Part shown: one piece after another, positions 26,875 to 39,400 of the stretch
Layout: every line of letters begins with the position of its first letter
How positions within the stretch are numbered: position 1 is the stretch's first letter
Position numbers and translations under genes: made by a program
From: Phoronis australis
Lineage: Eukaryota; Animalia; Phoronida
Assembly (NCBI GenBank): GCA_002633005.1
Contig: NMRA01000371.1
Location: forward strand, 303,572 to 367,382
DNA length: 63,811 nt
Direction of reading: 5' to 3'
The notes under the pieces: model-generated
What the model was told of the DNA's origin: nothing
The model's input: the letters and a program-made list of their open reading frames with translations, nothing else
Database searches by the model: none

Positions 26875-27782
26875 GTATTTATCCTGTTCGGGTTCCTTAT
26901 CATCTTTGAAAGTTACTAAAGAGTTGATAGCATTGTGGACAGAGGTGAGGTAACAATACACTAGGTTAAACAAGCATTTCCCAACCAACCACTATGAGTG
27001 CTTACCACTTGGGGGCTACAATTACCATAGTGCCTGAACTCTTGTTTAGGGATTAGGGAGCAGACTAGAGTTGGATGTCATTGATAACTGTTCATGGCAT
27101 TAGTCTTTCCCAATGACTTGAGACATTGCAGATTATAAAAACTGAACTGTAATTGACAGTTGGACATTTTTTTTTAAACATGTAAAATCGGCTAACAACA
27201 ACCTACAGAGGAAAGGAGAAATAACGTTCATTTCAACTGCTGCTCCTTTGTTGATATGTCTCAACCTCTGTTGAGTAATCTACCTGAGCAATGATTGGGC
27301 GACTTGACTTGAGTGCACCACCAGTTATCAGTAAAGTTAGTAATCCCAGAGAATGAAATGGTGGAGCAGGTTATGAGTGTATTCTTCTTGGTCTGACTGT
27401 GCTGAAGATTCACATTTAATCAATTGTTTAAATGTCCACTTCCTGGTTTGGTAGATTTGCTTACTAGATCTGCACTCAGTTGACCTTTTTGTGGCATTAT
27501 GAATGGACATCTTAGCCTTTCTTGGAATGTAAACTGAGAGTAGAAGCTTCTGGTTAGCCATGCAATGTTTTTGTAAAAAGATAATCCACTGGAATATAAG
27601 TAAATGCATCGATATTTTTTATTTACTATTTGAACATAATTGCATTTATAAGTTGCATTTTGTCTATAAAATGTTTAATTTAGGCCTAGGCCTACTGTGG
27701 CATGTATTTTGACCGGTCACATTATTGATACTAGCCAATACTCATTTACCCTCTATGGTAAGGCATGCTTTCAACTTATCAA

Positions 27783-29483
27783 ATGTCAAGATTATCACTA
27801 CAGTCTGGCACAACAATACCACTATGTTACAATGAGGATAGAAATCTTTAGACTTTAACTTTTCATAGGCATGAGCTGTTTCCACTTGTCTTGGCCTGTT
27901 TTTATTACCCATCTTTCCAGAGATAATATTATTTTACTGCTATTTATCTATTCTCTTAGGTTGTATTGTAGGCTACCTCTATGATAATAAATGATCTAGT
28001 TATTCAAATCTTCGCTCTTCTTTTCATCTCTGGAAACGAGCTTGCCTTGGTAAGCCCAGGCCTAAAGCTCATCATTAGTTAATTGATGAAATTTGAAAAG
28101 AAAAGACATTTTGCTGTTTCAGTTTTCTTCAACTGCTCGTTGGATCCATAATTTTAATGACTGTCGAATAGAAGCGCATATGAGATTCAGGTCCCCCGAA
28201 ATTTCGGCCAGATTAGTGCCATAACCGACTGAGCCAGCTGGTAGCCAAAATGTGCAAATTTCTTAGCGGTTTGCCTCAGCTGTCCGTACTGCAAAATTCA
28301 CCGATATCATGCTGCGACTCGCTTCTTTGGACAAAATCTAAGTCTCAATGCAAATATGGGTCCATCAGTCGTAATCATGGCCATTGGTACATGTGGGTGG
28401 TTTCGCATCACGCGGTACCTTTCAGGGTAACTGCATTGGCTCTCTCAGCGTCATCTCAACAATTCCACCGCGCGACCTGCTCACCATGGCAAATAAAACC
28501 GTGCCATTCACAAGTTTTCTCGTCAAATGTCTTCAGTCGCCTTTCACCGGGAACCTGCGGTCTGCACCCGTCCGTCACATGTTGACAATTATTTTGTCGT
28601 AAGCTGCTTGATTGAACAGAGCTGGTCAGATTTCTCTTGCTGCTGGACAGTGGAGTGGATCGACATGTCAGCAGGCATGGCTCACTTCTAACTACGATTT
28701 TCCGTTATTTTCACGGGTCTCGAGGACAGTTTCGGAGAGAAGACTGAGTTCAACGTGATGTTCTGCTGTCATAAACGAGGTAATGAACCAATTGGACACA
28801 CTTGACGAGATACGAGCCATATGGATTATTTATTTGGGTGTAATCAACAGAAAATTTATAATGGACAAGACCACTTGGCACTGAAGAGAGTTCTTAGCGA
28901 GGTCAATGCAGCAGTGAACTGAAGCCAGGTCATGTTTCGAAGTACCAAATGAAACAGAAATAAACAATACTTCAACAGTAATGAGTTTACACTGGGAGTG
29001 ATCGTAGAGAGTGTGGAGCACTTTTCCGATTATGATCCTACTAGTAAAGTGAAAACTCAACGGAAAATCAACACAGAAATGCCGAAAACAAACCCCGGAA
29101 TAACTGTTACATGCGAAGCGCCATACGTCAATGTCCGAACCACTCAGTGAGACATCTTGGATAAAAACAAGGCCGCCAAAAAGGAGTTATTCCGGATGTA
29201 GGCCAATGGGCCTAAAGGCGCAGCAATACGGTAACAAAAACTATGCATTAGACTGACCAAATTTCTTGAAAGTGCACCAAGGAACTCCAAACATGGAGGC
29301 AAGCGTAAAAATTAGGAAGCACAGCTGGTGTGCCTAAAGCGAATTAATGTATGGCCTTATGCTGGGGACATTAGCTGGGTTTATATTCGAAACTTAGGCG
29401 CATGCGCCAATATATGCGAACCACTTACAGGTAAAGACTCCTAAATTAAGTATTATTTCGGGTGTAGACCCATTGGCCTAAAG
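27783..29483 (+). repeat. 1.7-kb direct duplication, copy 1
   Basis: Aligns end to end with 30203-31890, with scattered substitutions and small indels. Confidence 0.95.
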
Positions 29484-30008
29484 TAGGGCGGTCGAACCAA
29501 AATTTTTTTTTTCGTTTTGAAAAAATTCTCTACCATCATCGGGAAGATAATGCATCCTACTCAATAAAAATCGAAAAATTATCAAAATCGAGCCAAGCAG
29601 TGCAAAGTTATTGCAATTTTTGTGGCGAAATTTGGGACACTTGTTTGGATCGGTTCGGCCATCTTGGACGACAGCGGAATAAGTTACAAGTTTAAAACTT
29701 AGTATAAATTATTTTCGCCGATAATTTACGGTAAAAATTAGGGAGACATATCTTTACTTACTATTCTGCGCGATTCACTAGTTTTCACTAAATTTAAGCA
29801 TCGCAGTTCTTACTTATTGAGTGATAAAAGTGCTGAGAATTCCCGTTGGACTTAGTCTCATTTCCGGCGGCACCGACAACATGGCGACTTTTGCTGAACT
29901 GAAAGGCATGTTCAACCGGCTACTTTGTAATTTGTGAAGATTTAACGTTGATACATTTTGACAAACGCTGCTACAAAAAAGGAACTCTGATCAATTTTCA
30001 TGTTTTTG
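29484..30008. mobile_element. Probable transposon end following duplication copy 1, truncated by the gap
   Basis: Copy 1 diverges abruptly from copy 2 after ggcctaaag into CpG-rich sequence (tagggcggtcgaaccaaaatttt..). The other terminus is not visible. Confidence 0.4.
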
Positions 30009-30202
30009 NNNNNNNNNNNNNNNNNNNNNNNNNNNNNNNNNNNNNNNNNNNNNNNNNNNNNNNNNNNNNNNNNNNNNNNNNNNNNNNNNNNNNNNNNNNN
30101 NNNNNNNNNNNNNNNNNNNNNNNNNNNNNNNNNNNNNNNNNNNNNNNNNNNNNNNNNNNNNNNNNNNNNNNNNNNNNNNNNNNNNNNNNNNNNNNNNNNN
30201 NN
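30009..30202. other. Assembly gap (194 N)
   Basis: Run of n. Confidence 0.99.
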
Positions 30203-31890
30203 ATGTCAAGATTATCACTCCAGTCTGGCACAACAATACCACTATGTTACAATGAGGATAGAAATCTTTAGACTTTAACTTTTCATAGGTATGAGCTGTT
30301 GCCACTTGTGTTGGGTGTTTTTTATTACCCATCTTTCCAGGGATAATATTATTTTACTACTATTTATCTATTCTCTTACGTTGTATTGTAGGCTACCTCT
30401 ATGATAATAAATGATCTAGTTATTCAAATCTTCGCTCTTCTTTTCATCTCTGGAAACGAGCTTGCCTTGGTAAGCCCAGGCCTAAAGCTCATCATTAGTT
30501 AATTGATGAAAATTGAAAAGAAAAAACATTTTGCTGTTTTTCTTCAACTGCTCGTTGGATCCATAATTTTTAAGACTGTCGAATAGAAGCGCATATGAGA
30601 TTCAGGTCCCCCGAAATTTCGGCCAGATTAGTGCCATAGCCGACTGAGCCAGCTGGTAGCCAAAATGTGCAAATTTCTTAGCGGTTTGCCTCAGCTGTCT
30701 CTACTGCAAAATTCACCGATATCATGCTGTGACTCGCTTCTCTGGACAAAATCTAAGTCTCAATGCAAATATGGGTCCATCAGTCGTAATCATGGCCATC
30801 GGTACATGTGGGTGGTTTCGCGTCACGCGGTACCTTTCCGGGTAACTGTATTGGCTCTCTCAGCGTCATCTCAACAATTCCACCGCGCGACCTGCTCATC
30901 ATGGCAAATAAAACCGTGCCATTCACAAGTTTTCTCGTCAAATGTCTTCAGTCGCCTTTCACCGGGAACCTACGGTCTGCACCCGTCCGTCACATGTTGA
31001 CAATTATTTTGTAGTAAGCTGTCCGATAGAACAGAGCTGGTGTCAGATTTCTCTTGCTGCTGGACAGTGGAGTGGATCGACATGTCAGCAGGCATGGCTC
31101 ACTAACTACGATTTTCCGTTATTTTCACGGGTCTGGAGGACAGTTTCGGACAGAAGACTGAGTTCAACGTGATGTTCTGCTGTCATAAACGAGGCAATGA
31201 ACCAATTGGACACACTTGACGAGATACGAGCCATGTGGATTATTTATTTGGGTGTAATCAACAGAAAATTTATAATGGACAAGACCACTTGGCACTGAAG
31301 AGAGTTCTTAGCGAGGTCAGTGCAGCAGTGAACTGAAGCCAGGTCATGTTTCGAAGTACCAAATGAAACAGAAATAAACAATACTTAAACAGTAATGAGT
31401 TTACACTGGGAGTGATCGTAGATTAAAATAGTTTGGAACACTTTTCCGATTATGATCCTACTAGTAAAGTAAAAACTCAACGGTAAATCAGCACAGAAAT
31501 GCCGAAAACAAACCCTGGAATAACTCTTATATGCGAAGCGGCATACGTCAATGTCCGAACCACTCAGTGAGACAACTTGGATAAAAACAAGGCCGCCAAA
31601 AAGGAGTTATTCCGGATGTAGGCCCATGGGCCTAAAGGCGCAGCAATACGGTAACAAAAACTATGTATTAGACTGACCAAATTTCTTGAAAGTGCACCAA
31701 GGAACTCCAAATATGGAGGCAAGCGTAAAAATTAGGAAGCACAGCGGGTGTGCCTATAAGCGAATTAATGTATGGGCTTATGCTGAGGACATTAGCTGGG
31801 TTTATATTCGAAACTTAGGCGTATGCGCTAATATATGCGAACCACTCCTAAATTAAGTATTATTTCGGGTATAGACCCATTGGCCTAAAG
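30203..31890 (+). repeat. 1.7-kb direct duplication, copy 2 (starts immediately after the gap)
   Basis: atgtcaagattatcact..gacccattggcctaaag matches 27783-29483. Confidence 0.95.
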
Positions 31891-32659
31891 GCATAGCAAT
31901 ACAGGTAAGCTTTGTCCCCAGATAGCTGCGCTTTACAAATTTTATCATTTTTTGTTTCGCAATACATATACATGTACGAATTATGTAAGTCAGACGTATG
32001 CAAGTGCGTTTAGACGATATGCTGCAAAAATGGGACCCCCGTCAATGTCCTGATACGGGACCTCAGAGGGTTGCCGAATTTCTCTCTTTTCCATATCGTT
32101 CCCTAATTTTTCTCGACAACCCCGCCCCACATACACGCCTATCGCGATTGCCACCCACCAATGACGTCTGGAAATTATTAAATAACGAAATTGAATAATA
32201 TTTAAAGAATAATATATAAAGTAGCAGCAGCAACAGCAGCAGTAGAAGTAAATTAAGAATCACATAAGTACAGAGAAATAAAAGAAAAACATAAAAACAA
32301 GACAAAAAATAAGAGAACTGTACGATTGCAAGAACACTATAAAAAGTCTAAGACTTATTTCCATTATAGTCCATAATGTAACAGTCATTTAAATAAATAT
32401 GACATGATTGCTTGATTTAATCAATATTTTACAAAACAAAATAGTTTTGAACACTTTTGAAAACTGATTTGCCGGAGCTGCTATAGTTGACTTGGGTATG
32501 AACTTAATTACCAGTTTCCCGGCTCAACCACCTTGGTCCGGGCCCAACAGATCCCAACATAATTTGTTAAATGTATATGTGAAGTATTTGAACAGATAAA
32601 TATGTGACATTCTATTTTAATGTGCTAATGTCAATCCAAATCGGTAAATAAAATATTCC

Positions 32660-33460
32660 ACTTAGGACCAATCCGACAGTCGTTACACAACATGGCACGG
32701 AAAGCTGTGACACTCCATCATCTGGACGGTCATCGCGCATTCCTTCCGTCCGTGGGAAACCGGTAAACCTAGTGTAGTTCACTGTCGGTTGGACCTCGCT
32801 AAAATCTAATCAAGATCGCGTGTTCTCATTTAAAATACACGTCAATATCTCACGTAATTTCGTGAAGTTTTAATTTTTAGAGGTGTTAGTGTTACTGAAC
32901 TCTACCCCTGGTTCTAACAAAGATTTTAATAGATACAGGATCTCTGGTTCTAACTTAAAAATGGCGCCGCGGAATTTACCTCGCGTAGTACGTAGGCCTA
33001 TCTATGTGGGTCAGGGAGGTTGCGTTGAGTGCTACGAAGGTCCAGTTCATTTCTTCTCGTTTCTCATCACGTAGCCAGATGTCTAGTGAATTTCACGAGG
33101 ACCAAGCTACAGGAACTAGCTATGCAGTGTGTCCTAACTGCAAGTCGAGGTGAGATAAAATTGTGTAGGCCTAATCGACATTAGGGCACGGTGGCTTGGT
33201 TTTCACTGTGGGTTTGTGCGCCCGGCGCTCATTGTTTTGAAAAGGATGGGTACGGGTAGCTGATCACCTGAGCGGCTATAGAGTATAGAAGGGAAGGAAA
33301 GTGTGAAATTTTCGCGCCATCATTACCGCAATGAAAATAGCCCGTTTGATTACGTCAGCGGCTGTGGCGAAATCCAGCGCCTTTTGTCTGGCGTCACGAC
33401 TCACAGGCCACAGTTCTAAGCCTTAGACATAGACATCTTAATGTGACGTCTATGGCCGTA
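32660..33460 (+). promoter_or_regulatory. CpG-rich putative promoter/5' region of paralogue 2, with a YY1-like AAAATGGCG motif at 32958-32966
   Basis: Visibly CpG-dense compared with the gene bodies and surrounds the first coding exon. AAAATGGCG matches the YY1 consensus often found near metazoan TSSs. The TSS itself cannot be located. Confidence 0.5.
33004..33149 (+). CDS. Putative first coding exon of paralogue 2: [48 protein letters not shown](R)
   Basis: Open frame from ATG 33004, with a second in-frame ATG at 33079, to a strong phase-2 donor AG|GTGAGA at 33149/33150. The phase fits the next exon, and its CPNC pairs with CINC there. Lies in a CpG-rich, promoter-like region. Missed by the ORF track because it is short. 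Confidence 0.7.
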
Positions 33461-36400
33461 GTGAGAGATACAGGGAAAATATAGTTGTTGGACATCACCA
33501 TAGTTACAGGGTCACTGAGCTCTGTGGTAGTTGTAATTCTCTATTTTGCTGGGTAGACAAACATCCCACACTTCAAAACTGTTCATGCATGAAGAGAATC
33601 CTTGATATCCTTGCATTGATAACCCCGCTCATCTGCAAAAGGTGATTTGTTATTTTTACTGTTTTAAAGCTTGAAAAATTAAATCTTTGTCAAAAAGTTG
33701 GAAATTCTGCTGGGCTTTTTTCAAATTACAAATGTCGACTGCTACTTTAATGTATATTTTGAAGGCATAATCAAATATTTCATTTTTGATATATTCCGAT
33801 CTTTTATTTATTTTTCATTTGGTCTTTTTATTTTTTGTAATTTCTTTATTCTTAGAAGAAAATATTTGTAATTACCTTCCTTTTTCTATTGCCACTAAAC
33901 CTTACTTCAATCGTTGTAATTACATTTTTGCTCTGTCCCAGCTTTTCACAATCTGAATTATATTTTTCAACTTTAACAATCAAATCATTTAATGTCTTAA
34001 TATAGCCTTCTTCTCTATGAATTATCCTGTGTCTCTTTTGTTTTTTGAAAGAAATATGACGTATTCCCTGATTTTCATTTTAATCATTTCCCATTTTGTA
34101 TATTTATTGTGTAATTTTGCATTTTCATCATCCAACTTTGCTATAACTTCATTAATACTTTTCACATAAAAGTCATTTTCCAAAAGGCTTACTTTAATTG
34201 TCAGTTCTCACGTTTCGCTTCCGGAAATTACTAGCATGGTTATATATATCTGAAAATCAGATAAGAATATTGGTTTATGTTCATTTCAAAAACCGGTTTT
34301 CTGTTTTCTTAAAATTCACAAAAACAAATCTCATAGAATTGCAATGAAATGTATAAAAGTGTAAAAAATAAAAACAAAATTAGCTGATTTTAAAACTTAA
34401 ACTTGAATATATGAAAAGTAATTACAAATACAAAGTATTTTCACTATTTACTACCACCAACAACACCTGTCTGTCTCACAGTATTTCAGATGTATTTCTG
34501 TAAAATCACCACTTAACTGTATAGATATGGTCTTGTGTACTACATTTCAAGAGCATTTTCCAGACACTTGCCCCTGCACGGTATCCAATCATCTGGAATA
34601 TACAAGGGGAACTGTATCAACTGTGGCCATGTGTTCAAGTTTAAGTACACCAGTCAACCAAAGGACAGTATCACAATAACTGTCAATGGAACTCAACATC
34701 AAGGTAATGATATTAACTTAGTCTTTAGTATTAAAACCAAAACTTGATGTTTCTTGTATTGATTTTATGCCTCGGTACTGAACTGAGAAGTGTAGTCTCA
34801 CACCAAACCATTTTAAAAAGTATATCAGGTATACTGCATCAGAATTGAAGTTTGTTCTCGGGGGGGCATACGTACTTTAGCACATTAGATTATATGTTAC
34901 AATAACAGAAGAAATGAGTTTCAGAACGCATGGTGCAGGAAGTGAGAATTAGTTTTGGTTGAAAATGAATGTTGGTTTTATATTTTGTGTAATATAGTCA
35001 AGATAACAGACTCAGCAAAATAATGTCTAACTTGTTTCTTTTGACTATGCTCTCTGTCACAGTCACGAGTCTTCCTGATATGATCATTGGGCACAGAGAC
35101 AGTTCAACAATTAGGTTTTATCTGGGGGCTTATTATTTGAACTATTTTGGGTCAGGTCAAACTCTAAATTCTAGTAGACAGTGCTTTGCACTTTTTGATA
35201 TGATATCTTAGTTTATGTTGGTAAAATTGTGTCACATGTTGTGTGAAAAATCAATGACATTTGCTGCTTGGCTATTCAAAACCCATTGGGGGTAATAAAA
35301 CATTTTTTCATCCATCGACCATAAACCCCTTTTTAATCTGTGTTTAGTTACACAGTCCAACTGGGACAGTTGTATGACTGAGAGCAGGGTTCACAAAGAA
35401 CTACTTTCACTGACTTTACATGTCAATTTCAAATAGCTTATTGTAGGTGAACAACATCATGATTTACAACCATCTCCAAAATTCTAAGCCACTATGCTGG
35501 TTACTTACCCCACCTCCAAGCTTAACATGATTTTTAAAAATTGGTTTGTAATCAGCAGTAGAAGTCAATGTTTTAACGACATAAAGAAGACAGTAACGAT
35601 AGTGATAAATATCCATTGATTAATAAAATGTGTTTCAAACAAGTGGAAATGTTTATTAATGTCAATATTATGTAATCTCAACTCTTTCTGTAGTTGCCAC
35701 CACATTCTCAACTCAGACGTCACTCATTGCCTACCTTCGCGATGAACTGCACCTCAAGGGTACCAAGAAGATGTGCTTCGAGGGTGGGTGTGGCTGCTGT
35801 GTTGTCACGGCAACATACACTGATCCTGTGACAAAGAAGAGTAGATCACAAGCCATCAATTCGGTAATGTGATTTGTCCTGTGAATGTTGTTGGCTTGCC
35901 AGTGAACAGTAGTGTAAACAATCAACATTTAAAATCACATTTAAAAAGTGTGCTATAGTATCAGTTTGAAATTCCTTATCCTATCACAACTTTAGCTTTG
36001 TTGCTTTTGGATGTGGTCCTGCGTATAGCTGCAGTGGTGAATTCCTTATCGCTGAACTGAATCTGTTGACCCTCACAAAAATAAAACTATATTTTGGTCT
36101 TGGAGGGTGTAACTAATCCTCATAATGGTTTAGAATTTTGTTAACAGTTGTAAATCATGGGTGTGGTTCAAACACGATAGGCTTTTGAAATTGACAGGCG
36201 TGGTCAGTGAAAGTAGTTTTTTTGTGAACCTTGCTGTTAGTCATCTAACTGTCTCAGTTGAACTGGGTAACTAAATGCAGATTAACAAGGGGTTTATGGT
36301 CCTGACTGAGAAAACAATAATTTGATTACCCCTTATGGATACCTGAATAGCTGAGCCCTGAATGAGTTGACAATACTTGTTTTCTATGTTTGTGCTGTGG

Positions 36401-39400
36401 TCTCAGTGGAGTACATACTTGGGTGGTATTTTGCCTTTTTGATTAACCACTTTGTTCATACTTTATCTTATTTTGAAGTTGGCTTCTTAGGAATAACACT
36501 GAGTATAACATTAACTTGAGTTTAGCATTGAATGCTTTGAATTTCTTGTGCAGTGCTTGTGTCCTCTCTATGCCTGTGATGGTTGGGAGATTACCACTAT
36601 TGAGGGCCTTGGTAATCACAAGACTGGATTTCACGCCATTCAAGAGAGACTCGCTGATAATAATGGAAGTCAGTGTGGATACTGTAGTCCTGGCATGGTC
36701 ATGAATATGTATGGGTCAGTATTCTGCTGAAGATTGTCACACTTTTCATCTGCACATTGTTTGTGTTTTGGTTGAACCAGCCAAGATACCTTAATCTGTA
36801 GTCATCAATCAAAAGTAGATTCTTACTTCACTATTATGTCTAGATACACCTAGACATTTTAAAATTCATCTTTTTATGTACACTGGTGTTGTTGTTTCTG
36901 CCAAGAGCACTCCTTGGTGTCCAGTTTCCTACTGGGGGAGGGGGGTTTCCTCAGACTATGTGTTTGACTGGGGGTGCAGCTGGCAAAGTATGATGCTCAC
37001 CCATCTAGAAAGTGGACTCTGGATAATAAGGGACCCGTTGTAGGTCTCAATGCTTAGCATAAGGTCACCTTAACAAATGCCAGGTCGCCAAATGAGAACT
37101 GATGTCTCCAAACCTTGCTGCCGAAAATGATATAAAGGATACATGAAATGAAAATCTGGCAAACTCAACAAATGTCCGTTGCTGTGGTGATGACCAATGT
37201 CTACTTCTCAGGCCCACTACCCCACACATAAGCTTGTCTCCTGAGGTAGACGAACGCAGTCGACTGGCACACTTTTCCTGTGCACGACTCATGTTTGACC
37301 CTCTCTGATTTTGCTGAATGTTTCTATTTTGAGTTTGTTGTTAGCTGCGCTAATGGCAACATTGGAATATTACTGGGTTGCCAAACAAAATAACGTTTCA
37401 TTAGCGACCTACAGGTCTTATCGTCAGAAACATCACCTTTCTGTGGGCTTAGTTGCAGCAACCCAATCCTCTTATAGTGGTTCATGGGCAGATCAATTTT
37501 TAACCGCTATTACTCCTGACAGATTATAAGGAGAGCCTGTGCATGTTGTCAAGAATGAATAAATCTTTCGCAACTACAAATTGAAAATAATTATATTGGA
37601 AAACCTTCTGTACATTTGTCTAAGACAAGTGAATTTTTGGTAGAGTTTTGAACTGCCAAACAGACAGTCCTTTTGTAGGGAGTTGAGTTGGAAAAGGCTT
37701 CCCTGATAAGAAAACTGGAAAAGTCATTATTAATGGTACATCCAGTTCACCTTTTCAATGAGAGTACTCCCCCATGTCAACTACATCTTCCACGCCTTCT
37801 CATGGAATTTTGAGTTGTGACCAAAACTAGTGAAGCAGTTGGATAAACACAAAATTGACTGGACAAGGATGGTGTTTGTCAAACATTGGTTTAAAAAGTG
37901 TATTGAATAGTATAATTGGTAAAAGTCAGGTATATTTGAATCAATCATGAGTTACCAAGTACAGGCAAGCCAAAACCCAATTAAATTTTTGAACTGAAGC
38001 TCAATTTTGAATTAACCCCATTTCTTGCCAACACAATAGAGAGCCAGCTGGCTGGACTGCCACTCAGTGGACAGGCACAAGGGTTTCATGACATGATGAG
38101 ATGTCATTAAAGGATTGCATACTTAAAAATAAAAATTAGGTGACCAAGCAGCCCAGGCAGCTGGACTGAATTCAGTGGGCTCTTGTGTTCACATTAAGAA
38201 ACTGGACCACAATGATCATCATCCCATGCTCTTGTGTTCACATTAGCAAACTGGACCAGGGTGTTCATCATCCCATGCTCTTGTGTTCACATTAGCAAAC
38301 TGGACCACAATGATCATCATCCCATGCTCTTGTGTTCACATTAACAAACTGGACCAGGGTGATCATCATCCCATGCTCTTGTGTTCACATTAGCAAACTG
38401 GAGTAGTATGATCCTCATCGCATGCTCAAGTTTACCTGTACTGGGTTTGTCGTGATAGTGTTTCCTGTTAGTGGTGCTTTATAAACCATTTGTATAAAGA
38501 GTTGACGTGGTTCAGAAAAGTCTGTAAATCAAAAACTTGATTGCTTTTACTGAAAATGATAACAGCAATATAGTATTCTTTACATGCTGAGGTTTACCCT
38601 GTTAACAGTACATTGTATGTTCTATGGTGGATTTATTGAACTTCGTCATCCTCATTTAGGTTTTTATAATGTAATAGTCCCAGCTTTGTACTGTAACCTG
38701 CAGTATTGCACAAGTCAACAGGCTTTCATTTGTCTTTGTTTTCAACGATTTTTATGTCCTTAATGGAAAATGTAGTATTTAGTTGTTATGACTGTGTTAA
38801 TATTGGGGATCTACTTTCAGGTTTTTACAAAGTCATCCTACAGCAACAAAGCAAGATATTGAAGATGCCTTTGACGGGGTCCTTTGTCGCTGTACAGGTT
38901 GGTATTTCTCTATTTTCCTAGATTATGCTCCCTAATACATGTGTCTGAAATGTTAGTCTGTGCATATCATTTGCCATTGTAATTCAAGGGTAACTGAGAG
39001 ACCCAAAATCATGGTTGGCAATTAATTTTCTGTCTGCTGGTGAGGAGTACCTGTGATCAAGTGTGAATTTTGTCACTGTGTTCATGTTTTGAACATGCCT
39101 TTAAAAGGAAATCCTTCAGCGAGACTAGTTTTATCCGCATTCTTTCAGGCACAGGTTTTATTGTGAGTAAGTAATGCATATAGGTCGTGAGTTCAGGTCC
39201 CGTAACACTGTTGGAAGCAGATGGTCATGAGCCCATGTTCTGTAGATGGCACCACCTGTCAGCTGTCGTTTTGTCTCCCACTTAATTCTAGATGTCAGAT
39301 AAAACTTTGATTAGCATCGATATTTCTTTGTCAAGATCACTTGTGAAAACTCAGCATATTTCAGCATGTTCTGCAGTTCTTGTAAATGTTCTTACAATTG

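Noticed and set aside
29948-30332. ORFs spanning the N runs (also 6127-6423)
   Set aside because: Artefacts of untranslatable gap sequence.
28250-31172. Paired 111-aa ORFs (28250-28585 and 30665-31000) as a conserved small gene
   Set aside because: Their similarity is explained by the near-identical duplication; overlapping frames are equally open and no motif is recognisable.
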